From the IMG/VR virus record IMGVR_UViG_3300030397_000159, positions 1 through 36,549 of that record: 36,549 nucleotides of DNA. One strand, given 5' to 3'. Source of the stretch: a virus (taxonomy: Duplodnaviria; Caudoviricetes). The notes under the pieces are model-generated. The model was given only the letters and a program-made list of their open reading frames with translations, was not told the origin of the DNA and made no database searches. A program made the translations under genes and the position numbers. Below are positions 35,265 through 36,549 of this stretch, piece by piece; the stretch's first letter is position 1, and each line of letters starts with the position of its first letter.

Positions 35265-36549
35265 TTATAGTCTGTTTAATTCCCACGCAAACTCACGTCC
35301 AATAGTATTTACGTCTATTGTATCACTAAGTGTTGCTGTTATAGGTGCATTCACGCTAACGTTTCTGTTGTTCACCACGTCACCACCACCTCGTCGTTGA
35401 GACTCAAGCGCACTGACCAGCCCACCCATTCGTGAAACCATGTTAGCTGGTATGACGTACTCACCTGCGTGCACCTCGCCACCGTCAGCACCAACATGTC
35501 CACCCTCATGAAACTGTCGAGGGTTTGATCGTAGAGCATTAAGCTGTTGTTGTAGAGATATAGCGCGCCTCAACTCAGACGCCATTTCGCCGTACTTTGC
35601 TATCGCCTGATCTGCAAACTCCTTTACTGATGCAGATCGCACAGCGTTCTGCGCAAGCAAAAACGCGGTAGTCTCAGCTTCCAGCATCTTCTGCTTCTCA
35701 ATCTTGTCCGTAATGAGCGCGACTTCTTGGATAAGAGCATCAACAAGAGCCTCTTGTCTACGCACTTGCTCTTCTTCAAAACGAGTAAAGGCATCGAGGT
35801 CAGCAATACGTCGCTGCTCCTCAATCTGTGCTTCAAGATCTTTCGTTTCTATCAAGCTTTCTAGACCTGCCTGAGCAGCATCAATACCAGCCTCCTCAAG
35901 CTTCTTTCTGATTTCAAGTACACGCTCTGCCTCTCGTTCTTCAAAGTCTTTGCGTGCTTTTAGTATCTCCTCTTGCTTTTTTATCTCATCCTTGATTTCT
36001 TTGCGTCGATCCCTGTCGTCTGTATCTCTAAGCTGACTTTTAAGATCATCTATAGCCTTTTCAGCGCCAAGTGTGATCTCTGCAAGACCTTTGACAGTAG
36101 CCTCAGCGTTCTGTTTGAGTGATGCACCAAACGTAGCAAATGTATCTGTTAGTTTGTCACCAAGTTCTGTCTGTGCTTGCTTTGATTTGTCGATAACACC
36201 AAGCATCTGCTCTTGAAACTTCTCAAGCTCTTCATTACTGTCCTCTGCCGCATCGCCAACAGTGCTTATGCTCTGTGCTGATTGATTGACTATTTCTGCA
36301 AGTTGACCGTCAGAGATACCCTGATATTCAGTAGGATCAAATGCCTGAGAGAAAGAGTCTCTGACTTTATCTAGTGATTCCTGTATCTTCGCACCATTCT
36401 GATCTAGGTCACTAGTTAGTGTGCTGAGATTCTGTTTGATTATGTCGATCTCGTTGTCTATATCGTCAGTGTTACCACCAAATGCACCCTTAATCTTTGA
36501 GAGTGCGCTAAAACCAGCGTTTGCTGTTGCCAATATACCAGTCTGAAAC
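35265..36549 (-). CDS. Tape measure protein, C-terminal part
   Basis: Helical region, then FHEGGHVG...VHAGEYVIP motif. Continuous with 18-1172. Confidence 0.9.
   Translation of the reverse strand, partial: FQTGILATANAGFSALSKIKGAFGGNTDDIDNEIDIIKQNLSTLTSDLDQNGAKIQESLDKVRDSFSQAFDPTEYQGISDGQLAEIVNQSAQSISTVGDAAEDSNEELEKFQEQMLGVIDKSKQAQTELGDKLTDTFATFGASLKQNAEATVKGLAEITLGAEKAIDDLKSQLRDTDDRDRRKEIKDEIKKQEEILKARKDFEEREAERVLEIRKKLEEAGIDAAQAGLESLIETKDLEAQIEEQRRIADLDAFTRFEEEQVRRQEALVDALIQEVALITDKIEKQKMLEAETTAFLLAQNAVRSASVKEFADQAIAKYGEMASELRRAISLQQQLNALRSNPRQFHEGGHVGADGGEVHAGEYVIPANMVSRMGGLVSALESQRRGGGDVVNNRNVSVNAPITATLSDTIDVNTIGREFAWELNRL
36335..36549. repeat. Terminal direct repeat (assembly overlap), copy 2
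   Basis: Identical to 14-228. Confidence 0.97.

Noticed and set aside
14-36549. Stop-codon reassignment
   Set aside because: Core genes are intact in code 11, and TAA, TAG and TGA all end genes at sensible boundaries.

Overview
This window is a complete, circularly redundant genome of a tailed dsDNA phage with siphovirus-type gene order. The unit length is about 36,321 bp: positions 14-228 repeat at 36335-36549, and positions 1-17 are a random-amplification primer tag. Every credible gene lies on the minus strand and reads in the standard bacterial code. Reading order on that strand: early/replication genes (29.4-18 kb: replisome organizer, DnaC-like loader, Xis-like HTH, annealase/exonuclease pair, SSB, VRR-NUC, KH protein), then terminase, portal, head, a neck/fibre cluster, tail, tape measure (crossing the contig ends), Dit, Tal-like protein, tail fibre and lysis genes. 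No integrase or repressor is recognisable. Largely SD-less starts, DnaA boxes beside promoters and a Parcubacteria-type lysozyme-like gene suggest a Patescibacteria (CPR) host; this is inference. The main features missed by the ORF track or otherwise unusual are: (1) a full-length tmRNA (11557-11932) inside the head operon with an atypical tag, AKQSIVSPFYPTKASLDRDFAVV, followed by a 31-aa zinc-ribbon ORF; (2) a phage KhpA-like RNA-binding protein; (3) four early promoters sharing 9-bp direct repeats and DnaA boxes; (4) a 26-fold TKSLxY-repeat virion protein; and (5) an N-terminal leader motif shared by two head-module proteins.
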